Below are positions 1-9,339 of a stretch of 64,000 bases of DNA, one piece after another. A program made the translations under genes and the position numbers. The number at the start of each line of letters is the position of its first letter. The first letter of the stretch is position 1. The stretch lies in the sequence record PX421306.1, one strand, 5' to 3'. A model generated the notes under the pieces. The model had not been told where the DNA came from. It was given only the letters and a program-made list of their open reading frames with translations, and did not search any database. The DNA is from a phage.

Positions 1-537
1 AAATGACACTCTAATAAAATTTCTGGATTATAAATCGTGTACATCAAATTACCTGTTGCTCCACGATATTGGCAGATTTCTACTGATTGAGCATCATTCC
101 ACAATTTTGTTAAGACTAAATCACCTACTTCTAATTTCGGAAAGCTCACATTATTCACCAATTAAAGTTTCAATTAATTCTCTTAACTTAAAAGCTTGTT
201 CATTTGTCATTACATACTCCTTTGAATAATATCAATAATGTTGTTCACTAGATTATAAGTAAACATTGGGTAATTATATTGAATCATCACATACACAACA
301 AACAAAATTTTCATTCTCTTCTCCTTGGCAGTTGACAAGATTACTATACCATAACCTTGCCAACTTGTAAACCATTAAATGACGTTTTCAATAAAATTCT
401 GAAGCTTTGTGTGAGCATCAACCATGATTTTCATTTCTTCCTTTGCGAAAGCTGTACCTCTTTCACGAGAAGAATACTCATAGTCAGAAACTGCATTAGC
501 ATATTCTTCAATTAGCTTCATTAAAAACATCTGCTTT

Positions 538-732
538 TCAGTTTTCATTATTCCACCTAATCATTTCAAGATATTGAACTAACTTAGCTTTGGATTTATC
601 CAAATCCTTTTTAGCTGCTTCTATACCATCGTATGAATATCCTTCACAATGCTCAACTGCCAATTGGTATGAATCTATTTCAATATCACGTGCTAATTTA
701 ATGATTTTTTCAAACTGTTCACGTGTTAGCAT
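538..732 (-). CDS. hypothetical small early protein
   Basis: 64-aa ORF in tightly packed minus-strand early array; no recognisable motif. Confidence 0.4.
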   Translation of the reverse strand: MLTREQFEKIIKLARDIEIDSYQLAVEHCEGYSYDGIEAAKKDLDKSKAKLVQYLEMIRWNNEN

Positions 733-734
733 AC

Positions 735-938
735 TTAAACTCTCGTATTATGATCGATAATTTCATCAAGAAACATATCTAAAGCTTCTACAGCATTATC
801 AACTTTAGCTTCAAGTTCTTCAGCGCCTTTATTTGCAATGCCTGCCGAAAACCAAGCAAAGTCACTAAGTTCCTCGTCTGCTTTGCGAATTAAAGCTACC
901 AATTCTTTAATTTTATCTGCTTGTTCGATACTAATCAT
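735..938 (-). CDS. hypothetical small acidic protein
   Basis: Start moved to internal ATG (MISIEQ...) whose ATG overlaps the upstream stop in a TAATG junction at 936-940. Confidence 0.45.
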   Translation of the reverse strand: MISIEQADKIKELVALIRKADEELSDFAWFSAGIANKGAEELEAKVDNAVEALDMFLDEIIDHNTRV

Positions 939-1126
939 TATTCCACCACATATGAAAGAGAGAATATTGCACACGCCATATGAGTTGCAGCTTCATCACA
1001 CATATCATAACGTTTCTTAAGAAGTTTTTCAAGTTCTTCACTGGTAACTTCATCCATGTCGACGAAAAAATCACCATTAATGATGACGTAGATATTTCCT
1101 TCTTGATTAAGTGCTTCAATTTTCAT
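938..1126 (-). CDS. hypothetical small protein
   Basis: Start moved to ATG at 1126 (MKIEALN...) preceded by AAGAGGAG RBS; early-promoter-like motif lies just upstream. Confidence 0.45.
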   Translation of the reverse strand: MKIEALNQEGNIYVIINGDFFVDMDEVTSEELEKLLKKRYDMCDEAATHMACAIFSLSYVVE

Positions 1127-1149
1127 GATGTTCTCCTCTTTATCCGATA

Positions 1150-1190
1150 GTTGTATAGTATCACAGCTCAAATGGAAAGTAAACCGGTAA
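1150..1190 (-). promoter_or_regulatory. early-type promoter (GTTTAC -35, 18-nt spacer, TACTAT -10)
   Basis: Minus-strand GTTTAC (plus gtaaac 1179-1184) and TACTAT (plus atagta 1155-1160). Confidence 0.5.
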
Positions 1191-1192
1191 AA

Positions 1193-1216
1193 TGAAAAAA
1201 GTCTCCCGAAGGAGAC
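1193..1216 (-). terminator. intrinsic terminator
   Basis: Hairpin GTCTCCCGAAGGAGAC followed on minus strand by U-run. Confidence 0.6.
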
Positions 1217-1221
1217 TAATG

Positions 1222-1608
1222 TTATTCGAGGGAAAGAAGATATTTACTTTGATAAAACATCCCAGTAATATCATCTATCGTGCTTTGAATGGCTGGAGGC
1301 ATTTCTTTATAAATGCTGTTAGATTGGTCTAGTATGCGATCAATCATTTTAATTGTGTCGGTAGGAAGTTTACTAGCATCTGGAATTGAAGGTGTATATT
1401 TTCTACCAGAATACCCTAAATATTGCTCACCAAATTTATCAATCAAATCTGGCAACTCAGAGAAAATAAAATCGTATGCCTTGTGTCTAGCATAACTTTT
1501 AGTTTCAAAATGCGCAGAATGAAAATAAGCTTGTGCAGCCATTAATAAACCTAAGTATTCATCTGCCTTTGAAGGTTTTCCACTTTGTGAAAAGTCGCTG
1601 AATTTCAT
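1222..1608 (-). CDS. hypothetical protein downstream of rI
   Basis: 128-aa ORF; stop followed by hairpin-T terminator at 1193-1216; 4-nt overlap with rI. Confidence 0.6.
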   Translation of the reverse strand: MKFSDFSQSGKPSKADEYLGLLMAAQAYFHSAHFETKSYARHKAYDFIFSELPDLIDKFGEQYLGYSGRKYTPSIPDASKLPTDTIKMIDRILDQSNSIYKEMPPAIQSTIDDITGMFYQSKYLLSLE

Positions 1609-1898
1609 TCAGTCTCCAATTTAATGTTCATAATTCTAGCGTATGATTGTGCCATCTCCGCGCCTCGCTCTATACATTCAAAATCGGAAGAGCACGGGTC
1701 ATTTTTATAAGTCGTTCGCATAAAACTATAGAACTGTTCAGATGATTCTACGCTTTTATTTTCAAAAAGCATATAAACATGTCTAATGCCAGATTCCATA
1801 AATTTATCAAAATGAGGATCGACATTTGCTTCAATCGGTGGAGATAAAGCAAACGCTAATCCTAGCATGGCAAATAGTGCCGTTGCTTTTAAGGCCAT
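1605..1898 (-). CDS. rI: lysis inhibition regulator RI (periplasmic antiholin)
   Basis: 97 aa with N-terminal signal/SAR segment MALKATALFAMLGLAFALS; matches T4 RI as I recall it, in length and sequence. Confidence 0.88.
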   Translation of the reverse strand: MALKATALFAMLGLAFALSPPIEANVDPHFDKFMESGIRHVYMLFENKSVESSEQFYSFMRTTYKNDPCSSDFECIERGAEMAQSYARIMNIKLETE

Positions 1899-1910
1899 AA
1901 AGGCCTCCTA

Positions 1911-2123
1911 TCATTTTTGTCCTGTATTTACTTTGTGCCGATGCACGGCCTTAACTTTATCAAGGTATTTTTCAAAATTTCGCAATCTAGTATAGTCTGC
2001 CGGAGATTGGTTGAGTGATACTTCTCGACGCAAAGCTGAAATGATATTTCCAACTTCCCTACGAATTTCATCTAATTGAAGAACAGTAAGATTGCGAAGT
2101 TGCTTTTCAGTTAATTGTAGCAT
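1911..2123 (-). CDS. hypothetical protein between rI and tk
   Basis: 70-aa basic ORF in the position of T4 rI.1. Confidence 0.55.
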
Positions 2124-2165
2124 ATATACCCCTTTAGTTAGATAAACCTATTTATAACTTTTGCA

Positions 2166-2747
2166 CTAACCGAGCTTTTTAGTTAATTCATTCCAATGTT
2201 TTCTGCACAAAGAAACATAAATTTCATCACCAATACAGATTTGATTACCTTCTTTAACTGGTGTTCCATCTTCCATTAATCGAGCTGTCATAATCGCTTT
2301 TTTACCACAATGACAAACTGCTTTTAGTTCAATAAGTTTATCTGCAATCGCCAAAAGTTCTTTAGAACCTTCAAATAATTTTCCAGCGAAATCAGTCCTT
2401 AGTCCATAAGCCATAACAGGAACATTGTATGTATCGACAATTCGGCTTAATTGATGCACCTGTTCAGTTTTTAAAAACTGAGCTTCATCTACAAATACGC
2501 AATGAATATCTTTTTGTGCTTCAGCCCATTTATAGAACTCAAAAATATCCATATCATCCGTAATAATATTCGCTTCCTGTTTAATTCCAATGCGAGAAAC
2601 GACTTCACAGACAGAATCGCGAGTATCAATAGCAGGTTTAAGAACTAATACACCCATTCCGCGTTCTTTATAATTATGCGCAGCAGTCAAAAGAGAAGCA
2701 GATTTTCCAGCATTCATTGCTGCATAAGTAAAAATTAAACTCGCCAT
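2166..2747 (-). CDS. tk: thymidine kinase
   Basis: 193 aa; P-loop NAGKSASLL, FVDEAQF and C-terminal CxxC...CxxH zinc ribbon typical of type II thymidine kinase. Confidence 0.95.
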   Translation of the reverse strand: MASLIFTYAAMNAGKSASLLTAAHNYKERGMGVLVLKPAIDTRDSVCEVVSRIGIKQEANIITDDMDIFEFYKWAEAQKDIHCVFVDEAQFLKTEQVHQLSRIVDTYNVPVMAYGLRTDFAGKLFEGSKELLAIADKLIELKAVCHCGKKAIMTARLMEDGTPVKEGNQICIGDEIYVSLCRKHWNELTKKLG

Positions 2748-2756
2748 ATCACCTTC

Positions 2757-2942
2757 TTAAAGCGTATTCACATAATCTATTAATTCGTTTTCTTTCTTAT
2801 CAAACCGGTCAGCAAATTCTTCTTGCTGTTCGGGAGATAGCGGGCCGTATTCATCATAAAAGGTGTTTGCTTCTGTATGCTCATCTAGAAGTTCATGGAT
2901 AAGCTCAAACAATTTATCTTTTTGTTCTTTGCTTAGGCTCAC
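2757..2942 (-). CDS. hypothetical acidic protein
   Basis: 61-aa ORF immediately downstream of tk. Confidence 0.5.
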   Translation of the reverse strand: MSLSKEQKDKLFELIHELLDEHTEANTFYDEYGPLSPEQQEEFADRFDKKENELIDYVNTL

Positions 2943-3111
2943 AGTATGTTAATCCCCAAAAGTTTTAAAATGACTCGTTTCTGATTCATAACCGCTACGA
3001 TTGAATGACCGTTGGGGTCTTTTTGACCCGATCCAATTATAAATCCTTTTTGTGCAGAAAGTTCAATCAAAACATCAAGTTCACGTAATAATTGATATTT
3101 TAAATCATCAT

Positions 3112-3318
3112 TCATTTTGGTTTACCTTCTTTAACGAAATCAGGATAAGGATAAAATCCTGAATAAAATCCTTCACCTTTATGATTGATGCATCCTTTAT
3201 TAGAACAATAGCACCAATAATCGAAATCACAAGCCATTTCATCATTACATAAAGCAAAAACAACAGGCCATTTACACTTTTCACAATGGGCATTTTTAAG
3301 AATACTAGTTTGGCTCAT
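3112..3318 (-). CDS. hypothetical Cys-rich small protein (possible zinc binding)
   Basis: Start set at ATG 3318 (MSQTSIL...) forming ATGA overlap with upstream stop; many Cys/His (HCEKCKW...CNDEMACDFDYWCYCSNKGC). Confidence 0.5.
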   Translation of the reverse strand: MSQTSILKNAHCEKCKWPVVFALCNDEMACDFDYWCYCSNKGCINHKGEGFYSGFYPYPDFVKEGKPK

Positions 3319-3527
3319 AACCATGTAACCTTTAAGCAATATTCTTCTACATGTTGTTTACGACCTTTCCTATCAATAAAGGTATATTCAACGAATGTTC
3401 CAATATAGTCTTTATCTACATCATGAGGACTATTAATTGGGCATTTAGTACGGCAAATGCGTTCCCATTGACGAATAATTTCTGCTTTGTTTTTAGGATC
3501 AAACGGATGCGGGTAATGTACTTTCAT
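3315..3527 (-). CDS. hypothetical protein
   Basis: 70-aa ORF, overlaps neighbours in the polycistronic early array. Confidence 0.5.
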   Translation of the reverse strand: MKVHYPHPFDPKNKAEIIRQWERICRTKCPINSPHDVDKDYIGTFVEYTFIDRKGRKQHVEEYCLKVTWL

Positions 3528-3978
3528 AATCCACCACTATCAAATCAATATCAGGAGTAAACATGTCGATTAATTTAGAAACCTTATCCCAATCACCGCC
3601 AGCAATACCACAACCTATGCGTGGAATGTAAATTACTGGTTTAAACAAAAGGGTCTCTGCCTGTAGATTTAATTCTATCATGCAGTTTACTAAAGCACCA
3701 TAATCAAGATTAGGACCCGGTTCGTATTGCGTATAAAGGTTATAGCATATACCAAATCCTGTAGGACTGTGTTTAAAAACAATAGACATATCGCCTAATT
3801 TATCACGAGAACCGTACTCGGTAGTGGTTTTATCTATTTCTAAAATTTTGGGATAGGCTTTTGCTAATTGACCTGCTACGCCAGAGCCCATTGTGTGGAA
3901 GCAATTGCACCCGTGCGCAATAATATTACCTTGAAGAAATAGGGCGACAATATCGCCCTTGATATATTTTACAATCAT
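3499..3978 (-). CDS. macro-domain protein (putative ADP-ribose binding/hydrolase)
   Basis: 159 aa; motifs IKGDI, HGCNCFHTMGSGVAGQL and IPRIGCGIAGG resemble macro-domain signatures; ATGA overlap with upstream gene. Confidence 0.65.
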   Translation of the reverse strand: MIVKYIKGDIVALFLQGNIIAHGCNCFHTMGSGVAGQLAKAYPKILEIDKTTTEYGSRDKLGDMSIVFKHSPTGFGICYNLYTQYEPGPNLDYGALVNCMIELNLQAETLLFKPVIYIPRIGCGIAGGDWDKVSKLIDMFTPDIDLIVVDYESTLPASV

Positions 3979-4316
3979 CTAGTACTCAATCCTCGATTAT
4001 AAGAATCTACTAAACGGTCAACCATTGAATGACAAGCGGCTTTATCTTTCTCCTCCGCAACTGAACATTCTAAGGTATTCCACTTTTTAGCATATCGTTT
4101 TAATAAAGTATCGTTCTTGTATCTGCTTGATTTATCTCTTTCTCCGTCTTTATATGCATATATTAATTTCTGCGCAAATTCAGCTTGGCATGCTTTATTT
4201 TTCCCACAATAATCCGCGGCAGTACGGTTTACATACTCTCTAACTTCAGAATATGATATATCTGCTAACGCAGAAAATGAAATTAATCCTACACATAAAA
4301 CCAAAATTTTAGTCAT
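3975..4316 (-). CDS. secreted small protein (signal peptide), function unknown
   Basis: 113 aa; N-terminal MTKILVLCVGLISFSALA signal-like segment, several Cys. Confidence 0.6.
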   Translation of the reverse strand: MTKILVLCVGLISFSALADISYSEVREYVNRTAADYCGKNKACQAEFAQKLIYAYKDGERDKSSRYKNDTLLKRYAKKWNTLECSVAEEKDKAACHSMVDRLVDSYNRGLSTR

Positions 4317-4854
4317 TTACTATTTCCAACAGTTTATTATTTTTAAGGTAGTTAGCCTTTTCTAGGACTTCAGAAGCATATTTAGAACCTGCTTTAACAT
4401 TCCATCCCGAATTATAAGAGGATATTGCCTTTCTTATATCGCCCTTATGTATATTTAACCAATAAGAAAGTTCAATGTACGCCCAGGAAGCTGAATTGGA
4501 CCGTTTATTCAACATTCTTTTTATTTCGGCATCGGTCATATTATAACCAAGTTCCTTAACTCTTGCACGCATGGTTGGCAAATAATTTTGGAACATTCCG
4601 TAGGCATGATGTTTTGGTTTAGATTTTAAATTAACTCCGGCAGAGCTTTCTTGCCATAAAATGGCAGCCATTATATGACCTAATCCGCTCTTGTGGATAT
4701 TTTTGTGTGTTTTATATTTTCCATCCTTAGAAAATTGTTCCCCGAATTGATACGCGTAACGCATGTTATCGAGTTGGACATTACTGAAAGTATGCTCGGA
4801 GCTATGTGCCATCATAGAAATGGCCAATAGACCAGCGAGTAGTGCTTTTCTCAT
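4309..4854 (-). CDS. secreted lytic-transglycosylase-like protein
   Basis: 181 aa; signal peptide MRKALLAGLLAISMMAHS; ES...GMFQ...YNSG motif arrangement like SLT-domain murein transglycosylases. Confidence 0.6.
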   Translation of the reverse strand: MRKALLAGLLAISMMAHSSEHTFSNVQLDNMRYAYQFGEQFSKDGKYKTHKNIHKSGLGHIMAAILWQESSAGVNLKSKPKHHAYGMFQNYLPTMRARVKELGYNMTDAEIKRMLNKRSNSASWAYIELSYWLNIHKGDIRKAISSYNSGWNVKAGSKYASEVLEKANYLKNNKLLEIVND

Positions 4855-4861
4855 GCTTACC

Positions 4862-5323
4862 TCATTGAGTTTTAATTACTGCTTTAGAAGCCTTTCCTGG
4901 TAAACGACGACTGTTAATAATTGCCATCCTGCACTGAAGCGACGGGTCTTTGAACTTCGCATTAGGTTTACAAACTGTAAATCCAAGCCAAAGATTTCCA
5001 TCTGTGATTTCTAAACGTCCAGGACGATATTCAATCCCATCAATAAAATCCTCGTCAATGTCAGGACGCGGAGGCATACTCAGGAATTCATTAACTTCTA
5101 AAACATGGTCTTTTATTTTATGGAATAATTCAAAAACATATGTCTCATCAATCTCCCGTTGAATTGCACGATCAAGAAGATGTTGAGAATATTTTAGATG
5201 AAACGATGAGACCCCTGCTGCTTTTGATGCCTCACGAATCTCATTGTTAATTTGACGAAACTCCGACTCAAAGTGACGACGGAGCTTATTTCGACGGATA
5301 AAAACTTCTGTGTTGATAGTCAT
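4862..5323 (-). CDS. regB: RegB site-specific endoribonuclease
   Basis: 153 aa; translation matches T4 RegB as I recall it (MTINTEVFIRRNKLRRHFESEFRQ...). Confidence 0.92.
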   Translation of the reverse strand: MTINTEVFIRRNKLRRHFESEFRQINNEIREASKAAGVSSFHLKYSQHLLDRAIQREIDETYVFELFHKIKDHVLEVNEFLSMPPRPDIDEDFIDGIEYRPGRLEITDGNLWLGFTVCKPNAKFKDPSLQCRMAIINSRRLPGKASKAVIKTQ

Positions 5324-5344
5324 GTTATTCTCCTCTTAACTGAT

Positions 5345-5385
5345 AGAAAAATTATACCACAGTCAAGAGGAAAAGTAAACAGTTA
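5345..5385 (-). promoter_or_regulatory. early-type promoter upstream of regB
   Basis: Minus-strand GTTTAC (5375-5380) and TATAAT (5351-5356) with 18-nt spacer. Confidence 0.55.
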
Positions 5386-5661
5386 TTCTTTAAATCTAAT
5401 CAATTTATTCATAGACTTTGAAACTTCTGCACGAACCTCATGTAGGTTTTTGAGCTGTTCAAGACGTTGCTCATAGTAAGCAATTTCATCTTCTTCGAGA
5501 CAGTCCTGTGAATCTTCTTTTAGATAACGCGCATAGTCCTGGAAAGCTTTACGGACTACTTCCTGGAAGTCATCAAGACTTTGAATTTTCTTAGGAGCAA
5601 CAGATACACGACGAGGGGCAGTATAATACTCATAACCAAACCCTGCGCTTAATTGAGCCAT
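5383..5661 (-). CDS. hypothetical protein
   Basis: Start moved to ATG 5661 (MAQLSAG...) giving TAATG overlap with upstream stop. Confidence 0.5.
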   Translation of the reverse strand: MAQLSAGFGYEYYTAPRRVSVAPKKIQSLDDFQEVVRKAFQDYARYLKEDSQDCLEEDEIAYYEQRLEQLKNLHEVRAEVSKSMNKLIRFKE

Positions 5662-5927
5662 TAATATTTTTCCTCTGGTTGGAACACAGCACGACAAGCC
5701 CACATACTGGCTTCTTTGAGTTTCGTTTTAGCAATAGTTAACTGATCAAGACTTTCAGCATAATTCTTCGCGAATTCACAGTCTTCACAATTATCTAGTG
5801 CTTCCCAGAATTCATCATATAAAGCATCAAAGATAAGTCCTAAACGAACTTCAGCATCTTTGATAGCATTCACTTTACCGATTTTCTCTTCAGTGTGCGG
5901 CTTATAACCCTTAATATCTTCAATCAT
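5661..5927 (-). CDS. hypothetical protein
   Basis: 88-aa ORF in coupled early array. Confidence 0.5.
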   Translation of the reverse strand: MIEDIKGYKPHTEEKIGKVNAIKDAEVRLGLIFDALYDEFWEALDNCEDCEFAKNYAESLDQLTIAKTKLKEASMWACRAVFQPEEKY

Positions 5928-6141
5928 ATTCTACTTCCTCACCAGTACATAAATCATATTCAACTAAACGAATAGGTTCATGAATGCCATATCCCTGAAC
6001 AGAAATTTCTGTCGTAGGATAAATTCCATCAATATCACCCATATTCCATGCTTCATTAAATTGCTGTTCGCCTGAATTACTAAACCACTCGGCGAAAGCA
6101 TTTAGCACATCTTTAGAACCTTCAATAATTATCTTTGCCAT
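5920..6141 (-). CDS. hypothetical protein
   Basis: 73-aa ORF; start overlaps stop of upstream gene by 1 nt. Confidence 0.5.
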   Translation of the reverse strand: MAKIIIEGSKDVLNAFAEWFSNSGEQQFNEAWNMGDIDGIYPTTEISVQGYGIHEPIRLVEYDLCTGEEVEYD

Positions 6142-6515
6142 TACAGACTCTCGGTAAAGGTACGAGCGATAACGTCGCGCTGCTGTTCCGGAGTCAGAGA
6201 GTTAAAGCGAACTGCATAACCGGATACACGGATGGTCAGCTGCGGATATTTTTCTGGATGCTTAACTGCATCTTCCAGAGTTTCACGGCGCAGAACGTTA
6301 ACGTTCAGGTGTTGACCACCTTCAATTTTAACTGTAGGTTGTGTTTCAATTTCAATTTCACGGGCATGCAAACCGTAGAAAATTTCTGGGTCTACAAAAG
6401 AGTCCTCTTTAAAGGTTTTAGAGACAATAATTCGTGCTTGAATACCGTCTTCAAAATAAATAGTACCTTTATGCGTGCCTTCAAGAATTTGATATGCTTT
6501 CATATAACCTCTCAA
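6141..6515 (-). CDS. autonomous glycyl-radical cofactor (GrcA/YfiD-like, T4 Y06I-like)
   Basis: 124 aa; C-terminal RVSGYAVRF glycyl-radical motif as in pyruvate formate-lyase C-terminus and GrcA. Confidence 0.75.
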   Translation of the reverse strand: MRGYMKAYQILEGTHKGTIYFEDGIQARIIVSKTFKEDSFVDPEIFYGLHAREIEIETQPTVKIEGGQHLNVNVLRRETLEDAVKHPEKYPQLTIRVSGYAVRFNSLTPEQQRDVIARTFTESL

Positions 6516-6838
6516 TTAGAAAATAAATTTATCCAAGACTGTTCTTTAATTAAAAATGGCTCAGAATCATATGCCATTAAACTTTGGGTGATTAGTCCTT
6601 TAAAAGGTCCATCAATAAATTCCATGGTAAAATATGGAATTTTATTCATTAATCTTGCATTAGGAGCAGTGCACAAAACTCTGCATCCTTTGAATACGCC
6701 TTTTTGTAATTTGTATTGCTTAGGATAAAATTCGCTCAAGACGTTATTATTTGCCAAAATTTCAAAATGATTCACCAATTTATTTTTAATAGTTTTTGGC
6801 GAAAAATAAAGATATTCGAAAAGTTGCGTGTCTGTCAT
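6512..6838 (-). CDS. hypothetical protein
   Basis: Start moved to ATG 6838 (MTDTQ...) overlapping upstream stop (TAATG); ATGA overlap with downstream gene. Confidence 0.5.
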   Translation of the reverse strand: MTDTQLFEYLYFSPKTIKNKLVNHFEILANNNVLSEFYPKQYKLQKGVFKGCRVLCTAPNARLMNKIPYFTMEFIDGPFKGLITQSLMAYDSEPFLIKEQSWINLFSN

Positions 6839-7377
6839 CATTGCATTCCGATTATGAAAAACTGTGGACGAGTAATACCACCAATGCAGCATTTACTATT
6901 GCAACAGTGGTGCACAGTTTCAATATGAATATCGTAAATTTTATCCATATCAGGAGATTTAACAGGCTCATCGATTATATACAAAATCCGCGAAAGCGAT
7001 AAACCTCTGAACTTGCTTCCTTTATTACCGATAAAACTACGGACAGAATCGGTAAATAAGCGGAATCGAATATCATCGCCAGAATAACGAGAAAATTCTT
7101 TTTTAATGTGGCCCGCAGAAATTTTAGCGTAAGCTGAAGTATTAGAAAGAACAATAACTGTTCCACCGTCATATAACCAATTAGCGGCAAAATTAGTTAC
7201 TGCAGTTGATTTACCGGATTGACGTCCACCATCTAAACGAAGTGTGCAATACTGCTTAAGTAAGTCTTCAAATGGTGGGATATAATCGTTTTTACAAATT
7301 TCTTCTACTCTAGCATCAGAATGGTGTGTAAAAGCATTCATCAGGGATAGATAAGGACCAGTTAAAAATGTTCTCAT
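6838..7377 (-). CDS. P-loop NTPase-like protein
   Basis: Walker A-like GGRQSGKST; start set at ATG 7377 (MRTFLTG...) with purine-rich RBS; 5' extent uncertain. Confidence 0.5.
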   Translation of the reverse strand: MRTFLTGPYLSLMNAFTHHSDARVEEICKNDYIPPFEDLLKQYCTLRLDGGRQSGKSTAVTNFAANWLYDGGTVIVLSNTSAYAKISAGHIKKEFSRYSGDDIRFRLFTDSVRSFIGNKGSKFRGLSLSRILYIIDEPVKSPDMDKIYDIHIETVHHCCNSKCCIGGITRPQFFIIGMQ

Positions 7378-7517
7378 TTTATTCTCTCTAAATTTGGGCC
7401 ATTCCATGGCGCATGAATTGTCCATTTCTGTATTTACCCATTACCGCACTTGGGCTCGACCTTATTACAGGTTGGCGGAATCCCTCACAGAATCATGAGG
7501 TCCAGGTTGTTCCCATA

Positions 7518-7991
7518 TTATTTGAATGATTTGACGTACTGAATAGAACCTTTACTATTCACGAAAGCGATTTTACCATTCTTATTATACATGGTAGCAG
7601 TACGCTGATAGCCATAAGTTTGCTTACCGGATTGATAACCAACTAATGCGAAATTATCTTCACCCATTTTATTCTGTTTAGCACGAATACGTTCATGACC
7701 GTGTGCCATAAGAACCTTAGCATCACCAGTTGAAATTGATCTACGAGTTTTTTCATCTTCAACTGTATTAACAAAGTCGTCAAATGAATCAAATTTAGCA
7801 TGGGATTTATTATACAGTTTTCCATCTACTGCATAATTATATCCCTGTACATCCATCTCAACTTCTGTACCATCATCCAATACAGCAGTGATTTTTTGAC
7901 CTTTTTTAAATTTCAAAAGATCAGTAAAAGATTCAGCAATAATTTGAGAATTAATAGCTGCTTCAGTAATAAATTCTTGATATGTTTTCAT
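7518..7991 (-). CDS. internal head protein (IPIII-like, capsid-targeted)
   Basis: 157 aa; N-terminal MKTYQEFITEAA leader matching the T4 capsid targeting sequence cleaved by prohead protease after E. Confidence 0.75.
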   Translation of the reverse strand: MKTYQEFITEAAINSQIIAESFTDLLKFKKGQKITAVLDDGTEVEMDVQGYNYAVDGKLYNKSHAKFDSFDDFVNTVEDEKTRRSISTGDAKVLMAHGHERIRAKQNKMGEDNFALVGYQSGKQTYGYQRTATMYNKNGKIAFVNSKGSIQYVKSFK

Positions 7992-8005
7992 GTGTATCCT
8001 TTAAT

Positions 8006-8323
8006 TTATTCTTTAGGGAAGTTTTTAGAATATGCATCATAAAGCTTATTTCCAATACGGCGGAAAACTCTAGCCGCAAAACGATTTTCTGGGTTTTTAA
8101 TCATGATTTGCATCATATAAGTACCCGCGTCAGAAAGAGCTTCTTCATAGTACCCATTAATTTCTTTAAGAGTCCTACGTTTACCACCAGGACCATCAAC
8201 AGTAATTTTCCATTTACCTGTAGAAGTGCGGCTCGGTGGCTCAACTTGTTCAATCCAAATATAACCTCCTTCTACACGTTGTCCTTGGGCAGATTCTGCA
8301 ATAAATTCTTTATACGTTTTCAT
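8006..8323 (-). CDS. internal head protein (IPII-like, capsid-targeted)
   Basis: 105 aa; N-terminal MKTYKEFIAESA targeting leader. Confidence 0.75.
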   Translation of the reverse strand: MKTYKEFIAESAQGQRVEGGYIWIEQVEPPSRTSTGKWKITVDGPGGKRRTLKEINGYYEEALSDAGTYMMQIMIKNPENRFAARVFRRIGNKLYDAYSKNFPKE

Positions 8324-8332
8324 ATGTTTCCT

Positions 8333-8749
8333 TTAAATGTAAATATTTTTGCCGTAATACTTGTACCAGTGTGGCTTCATTAAAATTTTTTCATCGAGTC
8401 GTTGTTGACTCAATTTAATAGCTGATTTGCATGGATTATAATCATTTTTCCATTCTGCTGGAATATCACTGATGTCAGGAACTTCAGTATCTTTTATACT
8501 AAACCCACGTTTTAAGCATTCCGTTATAATGTCTGATTGACGCTTTCGCAAAAATTCTAACTTATCGTAAAAGAACGTAACATGACCAGAACCTAAAATA
8601 AACTCGGAAGATATTTTAAAATCTTTAACCCGCTTACCATTTGCCACGTGTTTACGAACTATACCAAAAACACGTGGCAATTCACGGTATTCTGCGATTA
8701 AATGCTGATCAGCAAGTTCAGATACTAAAGTCAAATTAATACGAGTCAT
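8333..8749 (-). CDS. denV: endonuclease V (pyrimidine dimer DNA glycosylase)
   Basis: 138 aa; [17 protein letters not shown]... closely matches T4 endonuclease V as recalled. Confidence 0.92.
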   Translation of the reverse strand: MTRINLTLVSELADQHLIAEYRELPRVFGIVRKHVANGKRVKDFKISSEFILGSGHVTFFYDKLEFLRKRQSDIITECLKRGFSIKDTEVPDISDIPAEWKNDYNPCKSAIKLSQQRLDEKILMKPHWYKYYGKNIYI

Positions 8750-8769
8750 TTTATCCCTCCAAGTAACTG

Positions 8770-8805
8770 TGAATATACTATCACAATTCTAGGAGAAAGT
8801 AAACC
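8770..8805 (-). promoter_or_regulatory. early-type promoter upstream of denV
   Basis: Minus-strand GTTTAC (8799-8804) and ATAGTAT-like -10. Confidence 0.45.
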
Positions 8806-8808
8806 ACT

Positions 8809-9339
<531 letters not shown>

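Noticed and set aside
1-537. Possible very short minus-strand ORFs (13-51 aa) with TAATG overlaps at the window edge
   Set aside because: Too short, and truncated by the window edge, to annotate confidently; only the 51-aa ORF at 375-530 is mentioned in the findings.
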